Below are positions 48,812 through 61,224 of a DNA stretch of 64,000 nucleotides, one piece after another. Within the stretch, counting starts at the first letter, position 1, and every line of letters begins with the position of its first letter. The notes below the pieces were generated by a model that ran no database searches, had not been told where the DNA came from, and saw only the letters and a list, made by a program, of their open reading frames with translations. The DNA lies in assembly GCA_038087875.1 (NCBI GenBank), contig CM075978.1:190092001-190156000 (forward strand). Direction: 5' to 3'. Origin of the DNA: Malacoraja senta (taxonomy: Eukaryota). The position numbers and the translations under genes were made by a program.

Positions 48812-51800
48812 AAAGTAAATGAAAACGCTGGTATTGAAATGGACTCTTGTGGAGACCTGAAATAGTGGAGGGATGCACTGTTTACCCATTCCTAATCCCT
48901 ACTTTGATGCTATGAAGTCGTTCACAGGTGCCTTATATTGAAACTTCTCAATCCGCATTTAGACGAAGGAGTGCGTTACTAAGGAAAGCGGACCTGTGTT
49001 TTCGACATGTTCCCATTGACCCGCGTTGAATTAGTCCCTTGCAATTAGCATCAGGCGGGGGGGGGGGGGGGGGGAATCCCACTGAACACCTTTTAATTTC
49101 GCCCCCTTTTCGCCGGCTTGTTCGCTGAAACAACAGTAAACAACTCTCCAAAAGATAAACTGCCCGACCTGAATATCTCAATTCGTCAATTTATATTGAA
49201 TCCATCAGAACTCGAAACAAGAGGTGTCACTTTAAACATCACCATACTTAATCATACTCATCCATAAACACTAATTGCCAATCCATGTATAAAATATAAC
49301 TCGCACTTGCTAAGTACTCTAGCAAAAATATCGATTGGTTATTAGCGGGTGGTATCTTTGGGTATGGTTAAAACGTGTTTATTTTAAAGAACGAAAACCA
49401 AAGTTATGTGGCCATATAAACTGTAAGTTTCGTGAAAGAGTGTGTTTAATTCAAAATATTGAAAGGCACAATGCTATTTCCACCCTTCGACTTTGGGAAA
49501 CAAACAGCAGTTAGTAATTTGAAATCCCTTGGTGTTCACAAGTCGTTCCTTCGCTGCAATGAAATTCAAGATGTGGATTCTTAGGAGACGCGCCGAGCTC
49601 CCCGAATGTCCCGGTTTTATGAACGTCTCGCTCCAAGAATTTGCAAATAAAAGTTTATGTTTTTTTTTTCAAAGTTGTGTAAAAAAAAAAGAAAGTCGTG
49701 TCACAAGCTCTTTCAGACCGCGGGAACCAATGGATGCGTCAAACATGACAGACATTAATTGTGTTTTCTTTGCAAATCAAATGTCAGTGCAATTAACAGA
49801 TTTTGATCGGGAGACTGGGAAGGATTGATTCCATATGCGATAAGGAATGTGCAACTTGTTATCTGTCGCCCCGGAATTACGGAAAAGCTCCCAAACGCGT
49901 AATTCGAATAAGGCTGACTGCCTTTTCAACACTTTGATCTCTCTCTGGTCTCTGTTTCGCTCCCTGACACTTTTTCTGACTGCCAGTACCCGCAGATTTC
50001 TCGTTGGCTTTCTAATATAATTGTAAATTGAACAGACCTGATCTCCCCCAACTAAATATCTCTATTGGTGCTGCTACAAGTAAGAATTTCACTGTTCTGC
50101 CTGGGACATATGATAATAAAGCACTCTTGACTATTAGCATCCAAAAATTAATTTGGGATTTCAAGTTCCCATACAAAATTCAGATTCAAGCCGGTTGCCA
50201 ACAAGTTTCGTCAGTCTACCTTCAGATACAACAGTAAAATAACAAAGCCCAAGGTTGGATTCAATTACTTGCCAAGAGAAGCGATATGTTTAACTTACAT
50301 TATGGGGATTATATCTGTTATAAACCAATCCCAATGGATCCCATAGGTTGGAGTGTAGTGGCCGATTACATTACCCACACTGTACAATCATATCGGCATT
50401 TCTGCGGCGATGTTTGACACTGAAGAGAAATATATATTTAAGTGAGTAAAATAGAACTCAATCTTCCTTCAGAGTCATTAAAACTTTATTTATAGTTCGC
50501 AGCGGAAGTCTAAGTGCGGGTAAGTACATGGGCAACTTGTTTTTTTTTAAAGGGGATCGGTTTCAGATTATGGAAGATTTTACTGCGCTTCCTTTAACCG
50601 CGGCTTCTTACACATTCCCTGAAGAGGTGTATAAGTGTAAAAGGAGTAACGAGTGTTAAAGAGTAGCAATAAATCAGCGACTGACCAGCGGGTCTTGACA
50701 CCGCCCGGAGATACGGCACGTGTCGTGGCCGGGTACTGAGTGCCTCAAAGCGGGGAAATGTCCCCCTTCAAGACCGCCGCTTACAGACAGCCTCATTCAC
50801 CGAGTACACAGTTCAAACGGGGAACGAGTTGGTCTGACCTTTTAACTTTTTTTGTTTCTCAATACTGATTTTTTTTTTTTTAACCGAATTCCACAAATGT
50901 ACTGAAATAATAATAATGTTGCTAAAAGTCTGACGTCCCCACTGTAATGAAATCCCGTCATGAAGCCTTGTGCCCCGCGGGAAGTAGTGATCCCAACAGC
51001 ATTATAGTCTTCCCTTGAAAGAAAGAGCAAAATATACAATAAACCTCGCTCAGCTTAAACTGTTATCAAAGGCATCGTGTCACAGGAAAAGAGCGAATAT
51101 CTGTTAGATTCCTACACGTTTCCGAATGCGTTATTGTCCAGCGTTCATTCTTTCTCCTCGAATAACTCATTTTAAAACAACGAAGTTGTATTGAAAAAAC
51201 GTGTTAATTGCACGTGGTTTAACGAACCTTTTGGGTCTTCCAAGGGTTAATGCCAATAACACGTTCAGTACCGTATGTTCCCTAAAATCGAAAGGCGGGC
51301 TTTCTTCACTCGACTAATTGATTTTTTTCTACAGTGTGTACTTCAAGCCGCTAAAGTTACCCATTAAATTAATAGATTATTAGTGCATTGGTGATGTCGC
51401 TGCTGTCAATGACAAGGGGGAGACACGTCTCTTACTGAGCATATTAAAACCAGTCACAATCCACGTGTCCTTCAGTTAAGTAAAAACGTCTAAATTACTG
51501 ATACCACGATATGAAGTGGGTGCAGTGACACGGGGCAAATGGTATTAGCATAACAATATGGAATCTATAGAAAGGCACCGTCCAAGCGCTCGGGCCCTGA
51601 CCTCCATTGCTTAGAGTCCACTTTACTTGCTTCACCTGCGCTCCGCATTTGCTCACTCCGACTTCTGATATTTGTCCACTGTCATTCCACGCTCTCTCAA
51701 CTCCTTCCCCTCATTGTTTCACTCCCCCGGCCTTCCTCTGCCCACAAACTCACCGCCACGCTTGCTTTAATCACTTTTTAAACGCCTCTCCCTGCCTGCT

Positions 51801-51883
51801 ATTCTCCCGCCTTTACTCATCTCGCCCTGTGAGACACTTTCTTTTTATCTCCGTTTTTCAACCGGTTTCTTTCTTCTCTTTAG

Positions 51884-51886
<3 letters not shown>

Positions 51887-51950
<64 letters not shown>
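51887..51950. repeat. (CT)n microsatellite ending a ~350-bp pyrimidine-rich tract
   Basis: Direct reading. Confidence 0.95.
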
Positions 51951-51953
<3 letters not shown>

Positions 51954-53754
51954 TTAAAGATTATTATATCTGTGTTCATGGCATTTCATCCTTTCTCTTT
52001 GTCTTCCCTTTCATACTCTGCACTCTTCATTCACTCTAACAACGTTTAATCTTTTTCGTGTTTTTTTTCTAAATCATCGCAGTGCCGTCTTTTCATTCTC
52101 TTCACATTTGACTCTTCGCTGCTGCATCCCGTTTCCTTTCTTCGGATGCATTTCTGATCTTTGCGCCACTTTGCGCTCCCCTTCTACACGAGCGAGTGAT
52201 TTTTGTCCACCCTTGTCAAGACGCGGACGCGCAATATTGAATCCCCCCAAGATGATTAAAATTCTGTCTACACGACACATGGCAATGTACTCGAGGTAAT
52301 TAATAAGCTAATAATCTTTTATTTCCCTCCTCTCTGCGAACAGTTTGAGAGGAAACTTGTCTACAGCCGATTTTGCCCGAAGCTCATCTTAAACTGAAAT
52401 AACACACAGTTTTCCAATGTGTACACAGCCAGAGATAGTCCTTGAAATATCTCTAAACGCTGGTCGCTCTGTACAGAAAAACAGAAACGCCGCGGTATAA
52501 AATTAGTGAGTTGGGTTGAATATAGCAATGTTCAAATTTTGCAGTCAGTGTTAACCAGCAGAGTGGCGTCGCAATGAGATCCGCCAACGGGATAATGCGC
52601 GCCGGCCAAAACCTTAGAGCAACCTTCGCTGCAAGTTAAAATGTTAAAAGACCAGAGATCACTGTTACCCCCTTTGTGAGCCTGCTTTTGCTTAAATTTA
52701 CGCGCCGTTTAAAGGACAGACGTCACGTTTTCTTCGCAAACCCTTTCTCGGAAAATCAAACTATAATGCGATTTCCACCTTGCATTTCTGCTAATTTCGA
52801 TACATCGACCTATCGTTACTTAACATGACCGGATAAATAAAATCCAGGAGAAAAAAATTGCTTTATTCTTCAGACAATGGGTGGGCGATTATCTGACATC
52901 AACTACCCAAAAAAGATGAGCCGTAAAGCGATTAGATGTGGTACATACAGATTTAATATATTGATTCGGAGAATTTCAATCCACGGTCTTGCTTCACTCT
53001 AATCCGCATTTATTACAACCTCGTATTTAGCTTTATCATGCAGACCTATCGTTCGTGAACACCACAGAGAAACAAGGAACAGGGTTCAAACAATGTGGGG
53101 TCATAAATTTGCTAATTACAGTTTAGGGACAGGCCTAAAAAGTGATAATTACTTTAGTATTAAGGTGGTGGTGTCTGCGATTTTCACACCACTTATTTAC
53201 CAGCGTAACCAAGGGACTGAGAGCTTCTGTGTTTGAGTCGGATTTTGTGTGTGTGTGTGTGTGTTTTAATATTGCGTTGGTTCTCTTTGATGTCAAGTGG
53301 CGATTCGACAACTGTTTGAAGTCCATTATTAACAAAGAATTAACTCCATCCTAAATTCTATTGCCGGTTCTCAGCCTACACCGAGAGCCGCCAGCTCAAT
53401 TAGAGAAATAAAAACATTTGGACCGAACAAACTTCATTGAATCGAGCACACATATCACGCTCAAAGCTGGATTATGTGCAATGCTGTTGCAGCCTCACCA
53501 AAAACCAAGTGTCTCCTTAACAAAGTTGAAACAATAGCAAGGAGAACAAAGTTGTTGTTACGCTGGCTGAGAAGTTGTATCAAAGAGATTAAAAGTTGTT
53601 CGAATTCTGTTTTGGTTTAGTCGGGTCGATTTTCTTCCACCCCCCCCCCCCCCCACCCCCCTCCTTTTTCGCTGTCAATTATAGTTCTACAAATACGCAG
53701 CTTTAGAAGAAAACCCAATGGCAAAAAAGTGGGAGGCGAGTATACTTCTTTAAA

Positions 53755-53990
53755 ACATTTGAGGCGGGCGTGTTTTTCGCCGGAGAAACTTGTACTGATT
53801 GGCGACTGCAAAAATGCGACTTGAATGCAGCCGAAATAAAAGATCTCGACGTCAGTAAATAGATTTAGGGGGGGGGGGGGGGAAGAGACACGCCGTGTGA
53901 CAAAGGGAGCGCTTGAGTAAAAGCTGCCTGGACTCCGAAGAAATAGGAGGAGCCTGGTTAATACCAGAAATGTCAATCAGGCCATCAACT
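53755..53990 (+). promoter_or_regulatory. Putative irx3 proximal promoter
   Basis: GC box (gaggcgggcg, 53761), inverted CCAAT (ctgattgg, ~53795), CRE-like CGACGTCA (53847-53854) and a G-run, 200-430 bp upstream of the ATG. No TSS data. Confidence 0.5.
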
Positions 53991-54190
53991 CGGAATAATC
54001 TCTATGAATCTGTTAGGACCTGACCCGGCCACCTTCAGATCAATAGCAAGTTGGGAGAGAGGGTTCGGATCGGTTACAGTGCGCCTGCATGTGGAAACGT
54101 ACACTTTCGACTGACTCGCTTAACATTAAAAAAAGGTGTTTTCTGCGGTCGCTCTCGCATAGAGCTCCCTCCTCGCGGTAGTCACTGACC

Positions 54191-54403
54191 ATGGCGTTCC
54201 CACAACTGGGATATCAGTACATAGCCGCCGCTAGGCCACTCTACCCGGATCGCCAGAGTCTATCGTCGTCTCGGACTGCGGGCGAACTGACTGCGTCCGG
54301 CGGCGCCTCCACCGTGCTCACCATGTATGGGTCCCCATATGCGGCACAAGGATACGGCGCCTTCTTGCCTTATGCAGCCGACCTCCCCATGTTCCCTCAA
54401 CTG
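54191..54403 (+). CDS. irx3: Iroquois homeobox protein 3, coding exon 1
   Basis: ATG in good context (ctgaccATGg). Translates MAFPQLGYQYI...YGSPYAAQGYGAFLPYAADLPMFPQL, the typical Irx1/Irx3 N-terminus. Ends at donor CTG|GTAAGA (phase 0); 213 nt. Confidence 0.95.
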
Positions 54404-54417
54404 GTAAGAACATTTTA

Positions 54418-54569
54418 NNNNNNNNNNNNNNNNNNNNNNNNNNNNNNNNNNNNNNNNNNNNNNNNNNNNNNNNNNNNNNNNNNNNNNNNNNNNNNNNNNN
54501 NNNNNNNNNNNNNNNNNNNNNNNNNNNNNNNNNNNNNNNNNNNNNNNNNNNNNNNNNNNNNNNNNNNNN
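54418..54569. other. Assembly gap in irx3 intron 1
   Basis: N run. Confidence 1.
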
Positions 54570-55109
54570 GGGTAAATCATTGAAAAAAAAAGTTTTGTTG
54601 CAATCATGGAAAACAAGACCCGGCGTCGAGGAAGCGAAAATATAGGTCTCTGCGGTAATGCCGTGTTGTTTTAAGTACAAAGGCAAACCCTCTTTAATAT
54701 TTTTTTTCTTGGCGAGTTTTCTTCATAACATGTTTTTGTTCTCGCTGGTCGCTGTGTTGCGTTTGTTAGTTTCACTCGCGTTTCCTTGTTGATTTCACTG
54801 GGAAATATTGTTGTGTCAATTTCTTGCTTGGTTGTCTCTGGGCTGTTTTAAATCTGCAAACCTTTCCCCCCTTCTTCCCCCCCCCCCCCATCTCACCCTT
54901 CCTCCCCCAAATTGATACATTTTAATTCCCCATTACCCCCCCCCCCCCCAATCGCTCTCACGTATTTTTTCTGTTTTGCTGTTTGCAAAAATGGGCGGAT
55001 CATTGGAGAATGTGATTGAAATAAGTTTAATTTTAATTATTTGAATGTGTGTACATTGAAACAACAATTAAAAAACATTCCCGATTTCGCCCTTCGTTTT
55101 CTTGATCAG

Positions 55110-56112
55110 GGCGCCCAATACGAACTGAAGGAGAGCCCGAACGTACAACACCCCGGTTTCCCACACCACCACGCCGCTTACTATCCTTACGGGCAGTACC
55201 AGTTCGGGGATCCGTCCAGGCCAAAGAATGCCACCAGGGAAAGTACAAGCACTTTGAAAGCCTGGCTGAACGAGCACAGGAAGAATCCGTACCCAACTAA
55301 AGGGGAAAAGATCATGTTGGCGATTATCACCAAAATGACCCTGACCCAAGTGTCTACCTGGTTTGCCAACGCCCGGAGGAGACTTAAAAAAGAGAACAAG
55401 ATGACTTGGACTCCGAGGAATCGGACCGATGAAGAGGGCAATTCGTATGGGAGCGAGCCGGACATGGAAGGGGAGAAAAAGGAGGACGACGAGGAAATCG
55501 ATTTGGAGAATATCGACACGGAGAATATCGAAAGCAAAGATGACGAGGACGAACAGGACCCGGACTTAAACCTGGACTGCAAACTGGACGGCAGAAGCGA
55601 CTCGGAGATCTCTGACGCCTTTGACGACTTGAACGGTTCGGAGGACGGTTTTCTAAAATCGGTGGTAAAAGGGAGCAGGGTGGCCGAGGAGAAGCGAGAC
55701 GACCTCTCGCCCGAGGCTTCGGGACAGCCCAGTGGCGACCAGACTAAAAGCAACGGCGAGAGGAAAAGCCCCGCGTCCCCCGCGCCCGAAAGCGGGTTGT
55801 CGCTGAACCAGAAGCCAAAGATCTGGTCTTTGGCTGAAACCGCCACCACCCCGGACAATCCTCGCAAATCCCCCCAAATCGGCGGTTCTCCCGTGGGTTC
55901 CGCTGCCTCGTCGCTCCTGGGCCAACACAGACTATTCGCCTGCCCCATGGGGAAATTTCAGAACTGGACAAACAGAACCTTTTCTCACCACCCCTTGGCC
56001 TTAATCAATTCAAATCATTTCCTCGGACTCGGTGCGGCTCAGGCGGCCGGCGTGCCCGCGTTCTGTACAGTGAGAGAGGGGCGGTCTCATTCGGCGGAAT
56101 CTACCGTGACAG
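55110..56112 (+). CDS. irx3: Iroquois homeobox protein 3, coding exon 2 (TALE homeodomain, acidic region, IRO box)
   Basis: Acceptor ttcttgatcAG|[11 protein letters not shown]..., TALE homeodomain [63 protein letters not shown] (~55209-55397), acidic [12 protein letters not shown] stretch, IRO box [12 protein letters not shown] (~55812-55847). Donor ACAG|GTACAG (phase 1); 1003 nt. Confidence 0.97.
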
Positions 56113-56777
56113 GTACAGAGCACTTGACTGAAAAACACAAAATACACGCTCCTGCCAGACTCTAAGACCAACATACAAAAAAAAAACAAATTCCAAAAGG
56201 ATCAACTAAATGCAAAAAAAAAAAATTGAATTAGCAGCCTTAACAGCTGGGCCCCTTTTTAAAGTTGCAATTTAAAAACGAGAAAGACAACTTACTGAAG
56301 AACTTCAAAGTGATCCATACTGTTTCGAATTAATTTCATTTTCTGGTAATCTCTATACAAAGTCAATTTCTCCAAGCCTTTGAATCGATACCCAGAGATT
56401 TTTACATCCTGTTTCTGAAAAGTAGCTTTGCTCAACTGTAACTGAATACAAGATATAACTCCTACAAGGCGCAATCAAAGTAATGGGATAATGATTTTTT
56501 GATGGCCAAAATTGCATTTATTATAAACTGATCTTTAGCACCAGTGTAAATGATAATTTATGATTTGATGGCAACAATTTTTCCCCCCCAATTAGACGGC
56601 ATAAAAAAAGCCGATGTAATAAGATACCACTTTGCCACATATAGTATTCGGATCACTTTTATCCTTCAAGCTTTACGATTCCAAACCAAAGTTGAATCTC
56701 AGCGTGTCGTTCTTGGTAAAGGTGGCCCTCGATAATGTCGAACAATACCAGTTATAAGAACTCGTTATTATTTACAG

Positions 56778-56844
56778 ATCGAAGCAGTGCCTTGGAAATA
56801 GAGAAAAAATTAGTAAAGACAGCCTTTCAACCGGTTCAGAGACG
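56778..56844 (+). CDS. irx3: Iroquois homeobox protein 3, coding exon 3
   Basis: Acceptor tatttacAG|AT. Encodes (D)RSSALEIEKKLVKTAFQPVQR(R), matching the IRX3 C-terminal motif. Donor CG|GTAAGA (phase 2); 67 nt. Not in the ORF track. Confidence 0.93.
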
Positions 56845-57074
56845 GTAAGAAATATATTTTCTTCTTCCCTGTATAATCTCACGATTTCATACCAGACTGG
56901 ATATCCCAATAAAAAAAGCAGGCCTACTCTGGGGGTTTTGTTTTTGGGTTACTTTTAACCGCAGTTAATCCGCATTCACAAACTTAAATCGCAACATGTA
57001 ATCCAAAAACATGGGTGTCAATGTTTATTACAAAAGTTATAAACACTGATGGTCGATAATTTTATTCGTTTCAG

Positions 57075-57129
57075 ACCGCAGAATCAACTCGATGCCGCAA
57101 TGGTTTTGTCGGCGCTCTCCTCTGCATAG
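57075..57129 (+). CDS. irx3: Iroquois homeobox protein 3, coding exon 4 (stop)
   Basis: Acceptor ttcgtttcAG|A. Encodes (R)PQNQLDAAMVLSALSSA-stop, the diagnostic IRX3 C-terminus. The four exons total 1338 nt = 445 aa + stop with consistent phases. Confidence 0.93.
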
Positions 57130-57448
57130 TCCCTTTTGGCTTTTTTTAAACTTTATTTTGTAAACATTTTCTTGTTAAATGGAATGTAAAAAAAATGTTT
57201 TCCCCCTGTACAGTTTAACCTGTAAGCATGTATGTGTATTCAATAAAAAAAATTGGTAATGTAATACTGGCCGAGAAAAAAGGCGTGTATCAATTAGTTG
57301 AGTTGTGACATGTGGAATCCAGTTTTTTTTTTGTAAGTCGAGTGAAAAATTAGTTATCACCTGGTGTTCGAAATGTTTTGTATATACCGCAAACAAAAAT
57401 GTACATACGTGTGAACGAAATTGTACAAGAAAGTATATATTTTTGGCT

Positions 57449-57454
57449 AATAAA
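57449..57454 (+). terminator. Likely irx3 polyadenylation signal (AATAAA); alternative at 57242-57247
   Basis: AATAAA after an AU-rich 3'UTR with several TGTA motifs, followed by a T/GT-rich tract. Confidence 0.6.
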
Positions 57455-59245
57455 TGAACAGTTACGACTTTATATCTGTGTCTGAATTTTCAAAAACTGT
57501 TTATGAGTAGCAATTCCCCAAGAGCGTTTTGTTCTGTAAATGCATTGAGATGCATGATTATCAATTGACATTTCGGCCATCCGAAAATGCACATTGGAAA
57601 CGATGCCAAAGACGTGGTTCAACTGCAAATGTCTAAATACTATTTTTTTTTTCCAAATAAGACAGCACGTAACAATTACAAAATTTCCCTCTACATAATT
57701 ATTTTTTAAATGCTGGTGTCTCCTTTTGCGGGAACAGTCAGCTATTAAAATCACTTTTTTTCGCCGTGAATAGTTTAAAAAAAACTATTCCCAAGTGCTG
57801 AAATGACACAATGTTTGTAACATTATTGAGGAAAGCAAAATACTGTATTGAAGTACGGCCTCCTCGTTTGTTTAGACTCGTTAGACTATCTGTAAACAAT
57901 GCTTTGGGGGTTTCTTCCATAGTAGGCTTCAGTCAATACCTTTAACTGCAAAATATCATAATTTCACTTTCTCGTTCAAGATTATGGTTAAACGCCACGG
58001 CAATATTTTAATGCGAGATGATTGTAGATGGTCGAGACACTTATGCAGTATAATGACTAAATTACTTGTATAATACCAAACCCCTGAAGGGGAGCCGGCG
58101 ATGTGTTGGTTTTTAGACTGAGGGGGGAGGTTTGAGTAGGGGGAGGGGGGGGCAAGAATCAGACTAAGAGCGCCTCCTGCAGGCAGTTATTCTTCAATGC
58201 CGCAATAATAACCAGGGGAAATAACGACAAATTAATGGTGGTACATCAAGGGAAGATAAGAGTCATAAAATTCCAGCTGCCTAATTTACTTCTTGCTCCG
58301 CTCAGTCCCTTCAATTTTGTTTAAAAAAAAATGATGGTCTGTGGCGGAAAAATAAAAATATCAAAACTTTAATTTGAGTTGCCTTGAGAATTGTGGGATG
58401 CTGAAACTGCCATTGACTTATCCCGGGTTTATTTTGCAAAACTTAGCTGCGAATTCTGAAATGATCGCGATCACGCAACAAACTTTGAAGCGGTTTCGAA
58501 CTTTGTCCAGAAGTTTGTGCCCCGGGTGTAAGTAGGTAAGTCTATTTCCTCCACTATGCCTAAAAAAGGGAAATATTTTCACGAATAAAGTGTTGGGAAT
58601 CGTTTCAACAACACCCCCCCCCCCCCTCCTGCCAGTTCTGTCTGTAGAAAGGCACTATTTGCAATTGTAAAAAGAAACAGCATTTGGAGAGTACACAGAT
58701 TAATCGTATATTTAAAGGAATCGGTATGAAATATATTATTCCAGATTTTTGTGTTCATTAAAAAATATCTAGCCAAGTTCTTGAGAAATTCTTGACGGTA
58801 AATGAAATTGAATGCTCTTTTTATATGTTTATTCACCAGTGGAGCCAAATCCTTTGAATTCTTAAGATGTGTTTCCTCGCGGTCGCTAATGGTTTGCACT
58901 GAAACCGACCTGAGTTTCGTTAAGGAGTCAGAAATATCTGTACATCTGGCACTAGCGAGGTTTACTCCGAGCTTCCAAAGGTGGGAAACTGATACTCTCC
59001 CCGATCGTTTCAATGCAAAATTTCGCATCTGGCGTTGTTTTTTTTCGCCAGGTAGTTAGTTGACTTGCGGATGGCGCGACTGGACTGCGCTTTAAAATAA
59101 AAAGCCACGGCATTTACATGTATTTGATACAATAAAGTGCCACTATTTGAAGTGCGGTCGATTGCTACGTTTGGGCTTAAGACAACCGAAGGTAAAATAA
59201 AGAAACAAGTTCAACTCATTTTAAAAATGAACTTTATTTATTGGA

Positions 59246-59434
59246 TGTTTAAGAAGGAACTGCAGATGCTGGAAAATCGAAGGTAGACAAAAGTGCTGGA
59301 GAAACTCAGCGGGTGCGGCAGCATCTATGGAGCGAAGGAAATAGGCAACGTTTCGGCCCGAAACGTTGCCTATTTCCTTCGCTCCATAGATGCTGCCGCA
59401 CCCGCTGAGTTTCTCCAGCACTTTTGTCTACCTT
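59246..59434. mobile_element. Fold-back PLE mini-element with a perfect 77-bp-arm palindrome
   Basis: Arms 59280-59356 and 59358-59434; 14-bp TSD TTTATTTATTGGAT (59233-59246, 59434-59447). Confidence 0.92.
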
Positions 59435-60089
59435 TTATTTATTGGATAGTGTAATGACGTTTTAAATGAAACATCTGATTAAAATATGATGAAACGTGCT
59501 TTTAGACGACTATTATGCAGGAAGGAGATTAGACGTTTGAAAGTCAAGTTAATTAGAGCAATAGGTATTTGTATTTGACACTTTTTATTTTCAAAAGCAC
59601 CGCTTTTTCCGATTATTTAAATAAATGCTATAGATTGCCAAACTTTCCGTTTGCTAATTGCCACCGATGGTGTCTATATTGTTGCGACAGGGCATTTATT
59701 CAAGCAGACTTTTATTTGGTTAGAGTTAGCTGAAAGTAGTTTGAAACGCTTTAATTTAAAATAAATGTTTGTTTAGACGCCGTACCGACACCCCCGCCCT
59801 CTTTCGTTTTGGTTCTGGGAATGTCTAACTCAGCAAACTGCGGCGTCCTTATACTTCCTACAATATCGATTCCAAGCCATTCAGCCGCCTCATTTGGTTA
59901 ACAATATCGAAATTTGCTTTTTTTTCACCCTCTGTTTTAGTTCCTCGGTCGTATCTTAGAATTATTTAAAAAATAAAACCCATTACATTGAAGCCAGTTG
60001 GCAGGTCCGGGCAGTGAGTGGTACGGAGTGGGGGGCGTCAAGTTTACGATGTGTCTCGCTCATATCGAAGTGGGAAGCCGGCAAGTTAT

Positions 60090-60243
60090 TCGACTCGAGA
60101 CCCTTCTTCAATCTGAAGAAGGATCTCGACCAGAAACGTCACCTATTGCATTATTTTTCGCCAGATATGCTGCATGTTGAGTTACTCCAGCTTTTTGTGT
60201 ATATCTTCTGTGTTAACCAGCATCTGCAGTTCCTTCCTACACA
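60090..60243 (+). mobile_element. PLE mini-element with head-to-head hammerhead remnants
   Basis: gagacccttcttca-atctgaagaagg junction; flanking CAAGTTAYTCG repeat. Confidence 0.75.
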
Positions 60244-60334
60244 AGTTACTCGGCGCCTTCTCTCTATTTCTCTTTCTCTCCCCCTCCCTCTCTCCCCCTC
60301 TCCCTCTCTCCCTCTCTTTCCTCTCTCTCTCTCC

Positions 60335-60712
60335 NNNNNNNNNNNNNNNNNNNNNNNNNNNNNNNNNNNNNNNNNNNNNNNNNNNNNNNNNNNNNNNNNN
60401 NNNNNNNNNNNNNNNNNNNNNNNNNNNNNNNNNNNNNNNNNNNNNNNNNNNNNNNNNNNNNNNNNNNNNNNNNNNNNNNNNNCNNNNNNNNNNNNNNNNN
60501 NNNNNNNNNNNNNNNNNNNNNNNNNNNNNNNNNNNNNNNNNNNNNNNNNNNNNNNNNNNNNNNNNNNNNNNNNNNNNNNNNNNNNNNNNNNNNNNNNNNN
60601 NNNNNNNNNNNNNNNNNNNNNNNNNNNNNNNNNNNNNNNNNNNNNNNNNNNNNNNNNNNNNNNNNNNNNNNNNNNNNNNNNNNNNNNNNNNNNNNNNNNN
60701 NNNNNNNNNNNN
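60335..60712. other. Assembly gap (next to a CT repeat)
   Basis: N run. Confidence 1.
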
Positions 60713-61052
60713 TGCAGAATAGAAAGCTTCACCGCCTGACTTCCACTGTTATAATTTGGAGCATTGTTTGAACGCTCCGCCTTGCTGCTCTTCTTGCTAA
60801 TTTAAGGCACTCCTGCAGTCTCAGTCCTGCAGCGACAACACCCAGTTCCATTTAACTAGCGAGGCATCAGGGAACAACAACACCCCAATCGTTTTAACGC
60901 CCATCGGCTTCTTGCAACTCATGTTGGGATTTTTTTGTAAAGTTGTGAGATTGTCTATTTTCGCCAGTCGTTGGACCAGACACGGGCGTTAACTATTTTA
61001 GCCGCTTTCCCCATCTATCGCATCGATGTACAACGACAATTCCGCGCTGTGT

Positions 61053-61224
61053 ATTCAAGAGAGAGTTAGATGTATCTCTTCGGGCCAACGGAATCAAGGG
61101 ATATGGGGAGAAAGCAGGGACGGGGTACTGATTCTGGACGATCAGCCAGGATCATATTGAAGGCGGTGCTGGCTCGAAGGGCCGAATGGCCTACTCCTGC
61201 ACCTATTGTCTATGTTTCTATGTT
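61053..61224 (+). mobile_element. CR1 LINE tail
   Basis: ttcaagagagagttagat...gaagggccgaatggcctactcctgcacctatt. Confidence 0.82.

Noticed and set aside
52554-52570. CTCF-like CCAGCAGAGTGGCG
   Set aside because: One base too long between the AG and GGC half-motifs; weak match.
55187-55948. 253-aa antisense ORF
   Set aside because: Shadow of the GC-rich irx3 coding strand; Ser/Phe-rich with no recognisable domain.
55041-56165. 374-aa ORF as a single-exon gene
   Set aside because: It is irx3 exon 2 with intronic read-through at both ends; canonical splice sites at 55110 and 56112 join it to the other exons.
54191-57129. Assignment as irx1 or irx5
   Set aside because: The C-terminal EKKLVKTAFQPV.RRPQN.LDAA.VLSALSS and the homeodomain start GDPSRPKN are IRX3-type.
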